This document shows positions 38,678 through 46,513 of a DNA stretch of 64,000 bases, one piece after another (the first letter of the stretch is position 1; every line of letters starts with the position of its first letter). The notes below the pieces were generated by a model. That model made no database searches. It had not been told where the DNA came from and saw only the letters and a list, made by a program, of their open reading frames with translations. The translations under genes and the position numbers were made by a program. The stretch is from an uncultured Lachnospiraceae bacterium (GTDB taxonomy: Bacteria; Bacillota; Clostridia; Christensenellales; UBA1242): positions 66,544-130,543 of the forward strand of contig CAYLHO010000002.1 in NCBI GenBank assembly GCA_964383665.1, given 5' to 3'.

Positions 38678-38715
38678 TTGCGCACAAAAAGTCTATGGAA
38701 AATGTTAAAAAACCG

Positions 38716-38744
38716 TTGACATATTTTTCGCTTTGTGCTATTAT
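38716..38744 (+). promoter_or_regulatory. SigA-type promoter of the infC-rpmI-rplT operon
   Basis: TTGACA (38716-38721), 17-nt spacer ending in TGc, TATTAT (38739-38744). Confidence 0.6.
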
Positions 38745-38750
38745 ACCTAA

Positions 38751-38882
38751 CGAAAGCAGAAGGGACCATCTTCTCACCAGTCAGCAATTAAGTTAGATTA
38801 GGTTGTTAGTTTTAATAAAAGTTTGGCATTTGTCAAACATAAAACTATAGATGGGAACGGCAGCGTTTCCAATTTTTATTTT
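38751..38882 (+). promoter_or_regulatory. L20-leader-type transcription attenuator upstream of infC
   Basis: ~150-nt structured leader ending in hairpin GGGAAC ggcagc GTTTCC plus AATTTTTATTTT (38853-38882), just before the infC RBS. Position and architecture match the Firmicute L20 autoregulatory leader. The fold was not verified computationally. Confidence 0.55.
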
Positions 38883-38896
38883 AGGAGGACACAACA

Positions 38897-39409
38897 ATTT
38901 TTAAGGAACTTTTAATCAATGAGCAAATTAGCGCAAGTGAAGTTAGAGTTATAAGCCAAGATGGCGAGCAACTTGGAATTATGAAAATTTCTGCTGCACA
39001 CGACCTTGCCGATCAAGCAAATTTAGATTTGGTTTGCATGAACGGAAATTCAAATCCGCCAGTTTGCAAAATCATGAACTATGGCAAATATAAATTTGAT
39101 GCCATCAAAAAAGAAAAAGAAGCAAAGAAAAATCAAAAAGTGACCGAACTTAAAGAAATTCAACTTTCAATGACAATCGACACCCACGATTTGGAAGTTA
39201 AAGCCAAACACGGGAAAAGATTTTTGGAGGAAGGAAACAAGGTTAAAGTTGTTTTAAGAATGCGTGGGCGTCAACAAGCCTATGCGCAAAACGCAATTAA
39301 TGTTGTTAAGAATTTCTATTCCATGCTTCAAGAACTTGGAACAATTGATAAAGAGCCAGAAATTGTTGGGAGAAACATTATTTTAATAATTTCCCCAAAA
39401 ACAAAATAG
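38897..39409 (+). CDS. infC: Translation initiation factor IF-3 (ATT start codon)
   Basis: The frame opens after TAG at 38882. ATT at 38897 is 8 nt after AGGAGG and gives (M)FKELLINEQISASEVRVISQDGEQLGI..., a canonical IF-3 N-terminus. The ORF-track ATG at 38981 would truncate it. Confidence 0.88.
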   Translation: MFKELLINEQISASEVRVISQDGEQLGIMKISAAHDLADQANLDLVCMNGNSNPPVCKIMNYGKYKFDAIKKEKEAKKNQKVTELKEIQLSMTIDTHDLEVKAKHGKRFLEEGNKVKVVLRMRGRQQAYAQNAINVVKNFYSMLQELGTIDKEPEIVGRNIILIISPKTK

Positions 39410-39442
39410 GAAAAATAAAATTTTTAGAAGGAGAAGATTTTT

Positions 39443-39637
39443 ATGCCAAAAATGAAATCCCACAGCGGAGCAAAGAAAAGATTTAAAGTAAGTAAATCAG
39501 GAAATGTTAAGTTTGCAAAGGCAAACAGAGGCCATTTCTTAACAGAAAAGTCGAAATCAAGAAAAAGACACTTGAGAAAAGCTGGATTCCTTAAAGGAAA
39601 ACAAGCACAAACCATTAAGACGATGGTTCAAGGTTAA
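39443..39637 (+). CDS. rpmI: 50S ribosomal protein L35
   Basis: 64 aa, [15 protein letters not shown]... GGAG RBS. Confidence 0.95.
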   Translation: MPKMKSHSGAKKRFKVSKSGNVKFAKANRGHFLTEKSKSRKRHLRKAGFLKGKQAQTIKTMVQG

Positions 39638-39648
39638 GGAGGAGCACA

Positions 39649-40005
39649 ATGAGAATTAAAAGATCAGTTAACTCTCTCAAAAAACGTAGAGCAGTTTTAA
39701 AACAAGCAAAAGGTTACAGAGGAGCAAAATCTAAACTTTACAGAATTGCAAACGAAGCAGTTATGAAAAGTGGAAACTATGCTTACATTGGAAGAAGACT
39801 TAAGAAAAGAGATTTCCGTCGCCTTTGGATTGCAAGAATTAACGCAGCTTGCCGCCTTAACGACATTTCATATTCAAGATTTATCAACGGGCTTAAAGTT
39901 GCAAACATTTCACTTAACAGAAAAGTTCTTTCCGAGCTTGCAACAAACAATCCAACTGAATTTGCAGCATTGGTTTCAACAGCAAAAACAGCACTTGCAA
40001 AATAA
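39649..40005 (+). CDS. rplT: 50S ribosomal protein L20
   Basis: 118 aa, [31 protein letters not shown]... AGGAGG RBS. Confidence 0.95.
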   Translation: MRIKRSVNSLKKRRAVLKQAKGYRGAKSKLYRIANEAVMKSGNYAYIGRRLKKRDFRRLWIARINAACRLNDISYSRFINGLKVANISLNRKVLSELATNNPTEFAALVSTAKTALAK

Positions 40006-40029
40006 ATTAATAAATTTGTTGTAAAATTA

Positions 40030-40058
40030 TTGACAATCGAGATTGAATGAGATATAAT
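40030..40058 (+). promoter_or_regulatory. Consensus SigA promoter for tRNA-Lys
   Basis: TTGACA (40030-40035), 17 nt, TATAAT (40053-40058). tRNA-Lys starts 14 nt downstream. Confidence 0.7.
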
Positions 40059-40071
40059 CAATCTCGCTTGT

Positions 40072-40148
40072 GGTTCACTAGCTCAGCCGGCTAGAGCACT
40101 TGACTTTTAATCAAGGGGTCCCGGGTTCGAATCCCGGGTGAGCCACCA
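40072..40148 (+). tRNA. tRNA-Lys (UUU)
   Basis: Acceptor GGTTCAC/GTGAGCC (one G-U pair), anticodon stem CTTGA/TCAAG, loop CTTTTAA, T-arm CCCGGGTTCGAATCCCGGG, encoded CCA. Confidence 0.88.
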
Positions 40149-40154
40149 TTTTGT

Positions 40155-40198
40155 GGATACAACGTCTAACTGTCACTAGATGTTGTGTCCTTTTTTTT
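40155..40198 (+). terminator. Rho-independent terminator after tRNA-Lys
   Basis: 14-bp stem GGATACAACGTCTA/TAGATGTTGTGTCC (two G-U pairs) followed by T8. Confidence 0.8.
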
Positions 40199-40222
40199 GC
40201 AGGTTTTCAAATTGGCAAAATC

Positions 40223-40294
40223 GTGATGTCAAAAGTGATGTCAAAAGTGATGTCAAAAATGATGTCAAAAGTGATGTCAAAAATGATGTCAAAA
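40223..40294. repeat. 12-nt tandem repeat (G/A)TGATGTCAAAA, 6 units
   Basis: Six head-to-tail units, 40223-40294, of which four are GTG... and two are ATG... Flanked by the same GTTTTCAAATTGGCAAAA (40203-40220) and AGTGG(T/G)GTAAAG sequences as the 2-unit copy at 5455-5478. Confidence 0.92.
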
Positions 40295-40363
40295 AGTGGG
40301 GTAAAGCCCATTGTATAATTTGACTATATTTTCTTTTGGATCTTGTCGCGTGTGTTGTTTCAT
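40289..40363 (-). pseudogene. Further-decayed copy of the integrase C-terminal relic
   Basis: Minus-strand frame MKQHTRQDPKENIVKLYNGLYPTF* aligns with ...DPTIRKEDIVNLYKGLYTTF* of the copy at 5473-5598. The YTH block is deleted. Confidence 0.35.
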
Positions 40364-40493
40364 AACTGTTTGTTTGCGAACATGAGCAAATATGGCGGGA
40401 CGGGCTTAAATTTGAAGGAGTTGGAATGCAAAAATCAACAAAAATTCCTTTTTTTAATATAATATTAAAAGAACAACTTAAAGGAGAATTAAA

Positions 40494-41135
40494 TTGCGAA
40501 AAAATTGCTGTTGTAATAACCTTAATCCAAACTCCGAAAATGATTTTTTAATAACTCAATATGGAACAACTTCTGTGACTGGGCCAACCGGTCCAACCGG
40601 ACCAACTGGACCTGCTGGAGCAACCGGTCCAACCGGGCCAACTGGACCTGCTGGAGCAACCGGACCTGCTGGGGCAACGGGAGCGGCTGGAGCAACTGGA
40701 CCAGCTGGTCCAACAGGGGAAACGGGCCCGGCAGGTGCGGCAAATGTTAACCAATACGCAACAACCTACACTTTGGGCGCGCAAACGTTAACAAGCGGAA
40801 CGCCTTTAACGCTTATGACAGTTCTTGTTAACCAGTCGTTTGTTGTTGGCGCAGATTCAATAACCGTTCCTGATGCAGGTGCGTACCTTCTTTCTTATTC
40901 GGTTAACAGAGTTGAAACCATGAGCGATGGCGACTATGTTGCGCTAAAAATTAACGGAACAGAATATCCGGCAACGCGAAGAATGTTGTCAACAGCTGCT
41001 GGCGTTGGCGGAACATATGTTTTAAGGCTTACGGCAGGGAGTGTTATTCAAGTTGTTCCAACCGAACAGGGAAGTGTTCGGCTTGTTGGCGACCGCGGGC
41101 CAAGCGCGGTTTTAACAGTTGTTAGGTTAGCATAA
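40494..41135 (+). CDS. Collagen-like repeat protein with BclA-type C-terminal domain (exosporium glycoprotein-like)
   Basis: 213 aa, TTG start 7 nt after AAGGAG. 18 uninterrupted G-X-Y triplets (GPT/GPA/GAT, nt ~40581-40742), then a ~130-aa beta-rich domain ending ...[10 protein letters not shown], like the BclA C1q/TNF-like domain. Visibly GC-rich relative to its flanks. Confidence 0.75.
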   Translation: MRKNCCCNNLNPNSENDFLITQYGTTSVTGPTGPTGPTGPAGATGPTGPTGPAGATGPAGATGAAGATGPAGPTGETGPAGAANVNQYATTYTLGAQTLTSGTPLTLMTVLVNQSFVVGADSITVPDAGAYLLSYSVNRVETMSDGDYVALKINGTEYPATRRMLSTAAGVGGTYVLRLTAGSVIQVVPTEQGSVRLVGDRGPSAVLTVVRLA

Positions 41136-41166
41136 GAGAATCTCAACGAAACTTAAAATTGGGAAC

Positions 41167-41197
41167 AAAAAAAGCCTTGTTTTTTCAACAAGGCTTT
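41167..41197. terminator. Bidirectional terminator between the collagen-like gene and a convergent membrane-protein gene
   Basis: AAAAAAAGCCTTGT tttttca ACAAGGCTTT. Confidence 0.75.
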
Positions 41198-41212
41198 AAA
41201 CTTTTTGTTTTA

Positions 41213-41716
41213 TTATTTCTTTTTGCTTTTTGATTTTGATTTGCAGGCTTTTGAAGTGAATATGTCGATAACTGTAAAAACTAAAGCGGCTGCTGCATTA
41301 ACAATTGTTGTTAAGCCAATTTGTGCTTCAGCAACTGTGTATCCGAAAATGGAAAATTCGCCACCCTCAAAGAAAACAACGTAGCAAATCATTGCAGCGA
41401 TTGCAATTAATGTTGTTGCCCAAAGCAAAATTGTGTTTAATTTAGCGATGGATTTGCTTTTAATAACTTTTGTGTTTTGCAAAATCATAAAAATTCCGCT
41501 AACAATCAAGCATCCGGCAAGAACAAGAAGAATAACCGAGAAAACGCTGAAAGCTGTTAAACTTGCGCTGTTTGTGTCAAATTCAATTGCTGCATATGCA
41601 GATCCTGAACTTGCAGAGCCAAAAACAGACGAAATTGTTACAAAAGGCGCTCCATACATTCCAAAAGTTAATGCTCCTAAAATTATTGATAAAATTGGGC
41701 TAATATATTTTTTCAT
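41213..41716 (-). CDS. Polytopic membrane protein, unknown function
   Basis: 167 aa from the ATG at 41716 (AGGAGG RBS). About five hydrophobic helices and a KSKSKSKKK tail. Confidence 0.6.
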   Translation of the reverse strand: MKKYISPILSIILGALTFGMYGAPFVTISSVFGSASSGSAYAAIEFDTNSASLTAFSVFSVILLVLAGCLIVSGIFMILQNTKVIKSKSIAKLNTILLWATTLIAIAAMICYVVFFEGGEFSIFGYTVAEAQIGLTTIVNAAAALVFTVIDIFTSKACKSKSKSKKK

Positions 41717-41788
41717 AATTTTCCTCCTTGAGAAAATATTAACATAAAAGCATATGAAATCCAACTAAAAATTTGTTATTAAACTTCA

Positions 41789-41901
41789 AATTTTGCGCGG
41801 GAAGCGAAAAGGCGACCAAATTCGAACAGAGGTTGCCGAAGGAGCGGAAAAGAAAAAAAGAACCGGAAGGTTCTTTTTTACTTTGGAGCGGGTGAAGGGA
41901 A
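41789..41901. repeat. 113-bp direct repeat, copy A (includes a duplicated tRNA-Gly 3' end and terminator)
   Basis: Identical by eye to 41966-42078, offset 177 bp. On the minus strand it contains TTCCCTTCACCCGCTCCA (the last 18 nt of tRNA-Gly-UCC) plus a GAACC ttcc GGTTC hairpin with a T-run. Confidence 0.9.
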
Positions 41902-41965
41902 ACGCGCCAAGCGCCGACCGAACAGGGAGGAAGAAAGCGCAGGTAAGTTTCTGTGAGAAAGGGAG

Positions 41966-42078
41966 AATTTTGCGCGGGAAGCGAAAAGGCGACCAAATTC
42001 GAACAGAGGTTGCCGAAGGAGCGGAAAAGAAAAAAAGAACCGGAAGGTTCTTTTTTACTTTGGAGCGGGTGAAGGGAA
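41966..42078. repeat. 113-bp direct repeat, copy B (overlaps the genuine tRNA-Gly 3' end)
   Basis: See copy A. This copy continues into the complete tRNA-Gly(UCC). Confidence 0.9.
42030..42056 (-). terminator. Terminator of tRNA-Gly(UCC)
   Basis: Minus strand reads GAACC ttcc GGTTC followed by TTTTTTT, starting 4 nt after the tRNA CCA end. Confidence 0.7.
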
Positions 42079-42134
42079 TCGGACCCTCGCAGCCAGCTTG
42101 GAAGGCTGGAGCTCTACCACTGAGCTACACCCGC
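42061..42134 (-). tRNA. tRNA-Gly (UCC)
   Basis: Reverse complement GCGGGTGTAGCTCAGTGGTAGAGC TCCAGC CTTCCAA GCTGG...CACCCGCTCCA. Anticodon loop CTTCCAA. Confidence 0.88.
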
Positions 42135-42153
42135 ATTTTTCGAATGCGAAAGA

Positions 42154-42182
42154 ATGATACCACATTAACAAAAACTTGTCAA
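42154..42182 (-). promoter_or_regulatory. SigA-type promoter of tRNA-Gly(UCC)
   Basis: Minus strand has TTGACA (42182-42177), 17 nt, TATCAT (42159-42154), preceded by TGg. Confidence 0.55.
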
Positions 42183-42240
42183 CTGATTTTAAAATATTTC
42201 TATTGACGAATTAAGTTTTCTGTTTTAATATATATTAAAG

Positions 42241-43224
42241 ATGAGAGAAAAGGTTAAAAACAAAAAGGAATTGGAATTGAAATTTCTTTTGAAAAATCAA
42301 AATCCAATTGTTGAAAACGGCAAAAAACTTGTTACTGCGGCGCTTGTCACGGTGCTTTCTTTATCATTCGCAAATTCTCTTGTTCCAAAAAAGAAATACG
42401 CAAATCCAGGAATTAGCAGCAATTCGCTTTGTGTTGTTGCCCATGCTGGAGGCGCGCTTGAAGTTGGCGGTGTTTCAAAAGGATATCTTAACTGCGTTGA
42501 AGGGTTTGAGGCATATCATGCGGACGGGACAAGAATGTTCGAATATGATTTTCTTTTTTCAAAAGATGGAAAACTTATTGCAACGCACAAATTTGAATAT
42601 TTAAACGATTTCAACATTAACAATCGAATTACATACGAGCAATTTGTTAACACAAAAATTGCGGGAAAGTTTGAGGGAATGACCGAGGATAAACTTTTTG
42701 AGTTAATTAAGGAAAATCCAGACTGCAAATTTATTCTTGACACAAAAGAAAAGAACGCAACAAAAGTTTATGAAAGAATTGTTAACCTTGCAAATGAAAG
42801 GGGAGTTGACATTTCGAAGAGTGTTTTGCCATTTGTTTCATCAAAAGAAATGTTAAAGGAAATTAACAATTTATATAACTTTGATGAAATTATGTTCACA
42901 AATTATAAAAAGGCCTACACAACAAATCAACTTGTTGACATAATTCAATCGTGCGATAAGATTAAATATCTTCATATTTTCCCAATAGATTTTTTCCAAC
43001 TTGATATCGACCGAATAAATCAAAACAAGGTTCGCGTTTTTGCGCATATGGACAAGAGTAACTCAACTCAAACTGCTCTTCGATATGGCTGCACAGGGAT
43101 TTTCTCCGACGACATTTCGGAAAATGAATTTCACAAAAATCACTATGATTTTATGATTGCGAGGTTAACACCGGCGAAGGAATTTGCAACCGCAGCAAAA
43201 AAAGAAAATGAAATTGAAATGTGA
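42241..43224 (+). CDS. Glycerophosphodiester phosphodiesterase / PI-PLC-like family protein, membrane-anchored
   Basis: 327 aa. N-terminal hydrophobic segment, then VVAHAGGALE...EYDFLFSKDGKLIATH, resembling the HxGG...E.D...DG..V..H core of GDPD-like enzymes. Confidence 0.5.
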   Translation: MREKVKNKKELELKFLLKNQNPIVENGKKLVTAALVTVLSLSFANSLVPKKKYANPGISSNSLCVVAHAGGALEVGGVSKGYLNCVEGFEAYHADGTRMFEYDFLFSKDGKLIATHKFEYLNDFNINNRITYEQFVNTKIAGKFEGMTEDKLFELIKENPDCKFILDTKEKNATKVYERIVNLANERGVDISKSVLPFVSSKEMLKEINNLYNFDEIMFTNYKKAYTTNQLVDIIQSCDKIKYLHIFPIDFFQLDIDRINQNKVRVFAHMDKSNSTQTALRYGCTGIFSDDISENEFHKNHYDFMIARLTPAKEFATAAKKENEIEM

Positions 43225-44283
43225 TTAAAGTTGAGAGAAAAATTTTTCGTTAAATTCAACAACTGAATTTGTTGGGCGAAGTTTTTTTGCTTTTTCGTGA
43301 AACTGCTTTGAACTTTGAAGATCTCCAAGTTTGAAACAAACAAAGCAAAGTTGAAGATATGGAATGAAATAGTAATATTCTTCTTCAACAAACGCCCCAA
43401 GTGAGTAATCTTTTTCGCAATTTAACGCACACATGAACCAAAACTTTGCTTTTGCAAAGTTTTTTTCTTGAATTTCAATTTCGCCAAGCAAACAACAAAC
43501 TTCTGAACTTGGGACAGCAAACGAAAAAATTGAAAGCAAAAAACTTTTTGCTTTTTCTTTTTCGCCAAGAAGTAAATATGCCTTTGCAATAATTTTTAGT
43601 GCGTCAATTCGATTTGTTAAAAACAAATCGGTTTTCAGGCTTTTTTTTAATGTTTTTATGCAACTTTTGTAATAATTGTTGTAAAAAAGTTCGCGACCAT
43701 AATAGAAAAGCTCACGCGGGGAAAACATTGTTTCCTTTTTCTTTTGATTGTAAATTTTTAAATTTCGTTTTGGATTTGTTTGTTTAATTTTTCTATGTTC
43801 AATCGTTATGTTAACATGTTTAATTTTTCCAAATGGGGCAATTGCTTCGTGGACAAACCCTTCCCATGTTGGATTCATGCTTCTTCTTAAAATTCGCTCC
43901 CGTTCATACGTGAAAGTTGAGTTGTTGTTTTCATCGAAAGCAATTGCATATTTGAGCATATAAACATCTGCTTCATTTTTGCTCTTTTTAAGTTCATTAA
44001 TTTTTTTGATGTTTTCATTTGTAACGAAATCGTCAGAGTCAAGCCACATAACATAATCACATGTAGCCTTCGAAAAAGAGAAATTCCGAGCGGCGGAAAA
44101 ATCGTTGTTCCATTCAAAATCGAAAACATTTTGAGTAAACAAAGAAGCAATTTGTTTGCTGGTGTCGGTTGAACCAGTGTCAACAACAATAATTTCATCG
44201 GCAAACTTCTTTGCGCACGTTAGGCAGCGTTTTAAAACTTCCTCTTCGTCTTTAACAATTAAACAAACAGCAAGAGTGAACAT
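43225..44283 (-). CDS. Family 2 glycosyltransferase with C-terminal TPR-like region
   Basis: 352 aa. LAVCLIVKDEEEVLKRCL...IIVVDTGSTDTS...WLDSDD (GT-A DxD). The C-terminal half is helical-repeat-like. Confidence 0.75.
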   Translation of the reverse strand: MFTLAVCLIVKDEEEVLKRCLTCAKKFADEIIVVDTGSTDTSKQIASLFTQNVFDFEWNNDFSAARNFSFSKATCDYVMWLDSDDFVTNENIKKINELKKSKNEADVYMLKYAIAFDENNNSTFTYERERILRRSMNPTWEGFVHEAIAPFGKIKHVNITIEHRKIKQTNPKRNLKIYNQKKKETMFSPRELFYYGRELFYNNYYKSCIKTLKKSLKTDLFLTNRIDALKIIAKAYLLLGEKEKAKSFLLSIFSFAVPSSEVCCLLGEIEIQEKNFAKAKFWFMCALNCEKDYSLGAFVEEEYYYFIPYLQLCFVCFKLGDLQSSKQFHEKAKKLRPTNSVVEFNEKFFSQL

Positions 44284-44355
44284 AATAAAACAATATGCCT
44301 AAAAACTTTCGTTTGTTATTTTGAAAAAACGATGTTTATGTGTTATCATAATGAT

Positions 44356-45081
44356 ATGATCATAACTTCAACATCAAATTCTCAGGTTAAGGAAATTAAG
44401 AAGCTTAAAAAAGAAAAAGGCTTTTTGTTTCTCGACAACCCAAAACTTATTGAGGAAGCAAAAGTTTCAGGGGAAGAATTTGAGGTCGTTGTTTTTGAGG
44501 AAGGCAAGGAAAAGAAATTCGAAAACTTGTTGTGCGAAAACAACTTGATTGTTTCAAGCGATATTTTTAAATCTCTTTCAAGCGCCGAAAATTCACAAGG
44601 AGTTTTGGGAGTTGTTAAGTTTAAAAAACGCCCTTTCAAACCTCCATCGGGGAACTTTCTTGTTCTCGATGAAGTTCAAGACCCTGGGAATGTTGGAACT
44701 CTTGTTCGAAGCGCGCTTGCGTTTGGCTTTGAGGATATATATCTCATCAATTGCGCAAGCATAACAAACGAAAAAGTTGCTCGAAGCACAATGGGTGCAA
44801 TTTTTAAAACGAGAGTTTATGAACTTTCGCGCGAGGAATTTGTTTTCTTTTTTAAAGGAAAAAACTTGTATTCCGGCGAGATGAACGGAGAGGATATCTC
44901 AAAAGTTGAACTTAAATTTCCTGTTGGAATTATTGTTGGAAACGAGGGCAACGGCGTTTCAAAACAACTTAAAGAAATTAGCAAAAGCATTGCAATAAGA
45001 ATGAATGACGGCGTTGAAAGCCTTAATGCGGGCGTTGCTGGGAGCATTCTGATGTTCAAAATTATGGAAAAGGAGAATTGA
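44356..45081 (+). CDS. TrmH/SpoU-family RNA 2'-O-methyltransferase
   Basis: SpoU motifs LDEVQDPGNVGTLVRSA, IIVGNEGNGVS and ESLNAGVAGSILMF. The start may be 44332 (ORF track) or 44356; neither has a clear RBS. Confidence 0.8.
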   Translation: MIITSTSNSQVKEIKKLKKEKGFLFLDNPKLIEEAKVSGEEFEVVVFEEGKEKKFENLLCENNLIVSSDIFKSLSSAENSQGVLGVVKFKKRPFKPPSGNFLVLDEVQDPGNVGTLVRSALAFGFEDIYLINCASITNEKVARSTMGAIFKTRVYELSREEFVFFFKGKNLYSGEMNGEDISKVELKFPVGIIVGNEGNGVSKQLKEISKSIAIRMNDGVESLNAGVAGSILMFKIMEKEN

Positions 45082-45082
45082 T

Positions 45083-45808
45083 ATGAGCGGACATAGCAAA
45101 TGGCACAACATTAAAAATGCAAAGGAAAAATCTGATGCACAAAAGGGAAAAATATTTACAAAAATTGGAAGGGAAATTGCTGTTGCGGTTAAAGCCGGCG
45201 GCGCAGACCCGGAAACAAACGGAAAACTTAAAGATTTAATTTCAAAGGCAAAACAAAGCAACATGCCAAACGACACAATAACCCGAAGCATTAAAAAAGC
45301 AAGCGGGGAACTTGGAAGCATTAACTATGAAGAATGCAGTTATGAAGGATATGGTGTTGGCGGAAGCGCGGTTATCGTTCGTTGCTTAACTGACAACAAA
45401 AACAGAACAGCGGGCGATGTCCGTCACGCTTTCGACAAATTTGGGGGCTCTCTTGGCTCGCTTGGCTGCGTAAGCTTCTTGTTCGACAGAAAAGGGGTTC
45501 TTGTTTTGGAGAAGGGAAATTTAAGCGAAGACGATGTTCTTCTCATGGCGCTTGATGCTGATGCGGAAGATGTTAAGGACGACGGCGATGTTTATGAAAT
45601 AACCTGTGCGCCAGAAAATTTATCAAATGTTAAAAACAAACTTGAGGAAAACGGATTGACATTTATTTCCGCCGAAGTTGAGTTTATTCCGCAAAATTGG
45701 GTTGACCTTGATGAGAAACAAACCGACACATTCCAAAAAATGGTTGACAAGCTTGAAGAAAGCGACGATGTTCAAGAAGTAATTCATAACGTAAATTTAG
45801 ATGAATAA
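45083..45808 (+). CDS. yebC: YebC/PmpR-family transcriptional regulator
   Basis: 241 aa, MSGHSKWHNIKNAKEKSDAQKGKIFTKIGREIAVAVKAGG..DPETN. Confidence 0.92.
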   Translation: MSGHSKWHNIKNAKEKSDAQKGKIFTKIGREIAVAVKAGGADPETNGKLKDLISKAKQSNMPNDTITRSIKKASGELGSINYEECSYEGYGVGGSAVIVRCLTDNKNRTAGDVRHAFDKFGGSLGSLGCVSFLFDRKGVLVLEKGNLSEDDVLLMALDADAEDVKDDGDVYEITCAPENLSNVKNKLEENGLTFISAEVEFIPQNWVDLDEKQTDTFQKMVDKLEESDDVQEVIHNVNLDE

Positions 45809-45812
45809 TTGA

Positions 45813-45839
45813 AAAAAACTGCATGAAATGCAGTTTTTT
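45813..45839 (+). terminator. Rho-independent terminator after yebC
   Basis: AACTGCAT gaa ATGCAGTT followed by TTTT. Confidence 0.75.
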
Positions 45840-45851
45840 AGGGCAAAAAAC

Positions 45852-46451
45852 ATGGGAAAAATCAATTTTAATGAAAAAATGAAGGAGATTATTTCGTCAC
45901 TAAACGGGCGAAAAACTCTTTTATTACATTCATGTTGCGGGCCTTGCTCAAGCGCGGTTATTGAAAGATTGCAAGAATTTTTCGATATAACAGTTTATTA
46001 TTACAACCCAAACATTTTGCCAGAAATCGAATATCAAAAACGTAAGGCGGAACAAATTCGCTTAATTGAAAACCTTAATAAGAAAAGTGAAAACAAAATT
46101 AAATTTTTAGAGTGCAACTATAATCCAAAAGAATTTGCAGACGCAATTTGTGGGTTTGAAAGTTATGAGGAGGGTTCAATTCGCTGCAAAAAATGCTATA
46201 AACTTCGAATTGAAAAAACTTTTGAAACAGCAAAAGAGTTAGGGTTTAACTTTTTTGGAACAACTCTTTCCGTAAGTCCGCATAAAAATGTTGATTGGAT
46301 TAACGAAATTTTAATGGAACTTGAAACCGAAAAAACTAAAGCGCTTTTGGCAGATTTTAAGAAAGAAAATGGATATCTCCGGTCTCTTCAACTCTCTAAA
46401 GAATTTTCTCTCTATCGGCAAAACTATTGTGGGTGTCGCCCGGGCAAATAA
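45852..46451 (+). CDS. queH: Epoxyqueuosine reductase QueH (DUF208)
   Basis: LLLHSCCGPCSS, YYYNPNI, CKKCYKLR and FGTTLSVSPHKN motifs typical of QueH. Start at the ATG at 45852, downstream of the yebC terminator. Confidence 0.8.
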   Translation: MGKINFNEKMKEIISSLNGRKTLLLHSCCGPCSSAVIERLQEFFDITVYYYNPNILPEIEYQKRKAEQIRLIENLNKKSENKIKFLECNYNPKEFADAICGFESYEEGSIRCKKCYKLRIEKTFETAKELGFNFFGTTLSVSPHKNVDWINEILMELETEKTKALLADFKKENGYLRSLQLSKEFSLYRQNYCGCRPGK

Positions 46452-46513
46452 CTTGAAGACTTTGTTAACATGGCAAAGTCTTTTTTCATATATAAGCCAA
46501 AAGAGGTTTAAAA

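Noticed and set aside
40223-40294. Considered whether the 12-nt tandem array is a CRISPR array
   Set aside because: The units are contiguous with no spacers, the period is 12 nt, and no cas genes are in the window. It is a simple VNTR.
40522-40784. Two minus-strand ORFs (73 and 78 aa) opposite the collagen-like gene
   Set aside because: Antisense frames of a GC-rich G-X-Y triplet repeat stay open by composition. The plus-strand gene has an RBS, a start and a recognisable domain structure.
41793-42206. 137-aa ORF with an internally duplicated sequence (RGKRKGDQIRTEVAEGAEKKKRTGRFFFTLERVKG twice)
   Set aside because: The duplication comes from the 113-bp DNA direct repeat. The ORF reads antisense through tRNA-Gly(UCC) and two terminator hairpins. 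There is no RBS.
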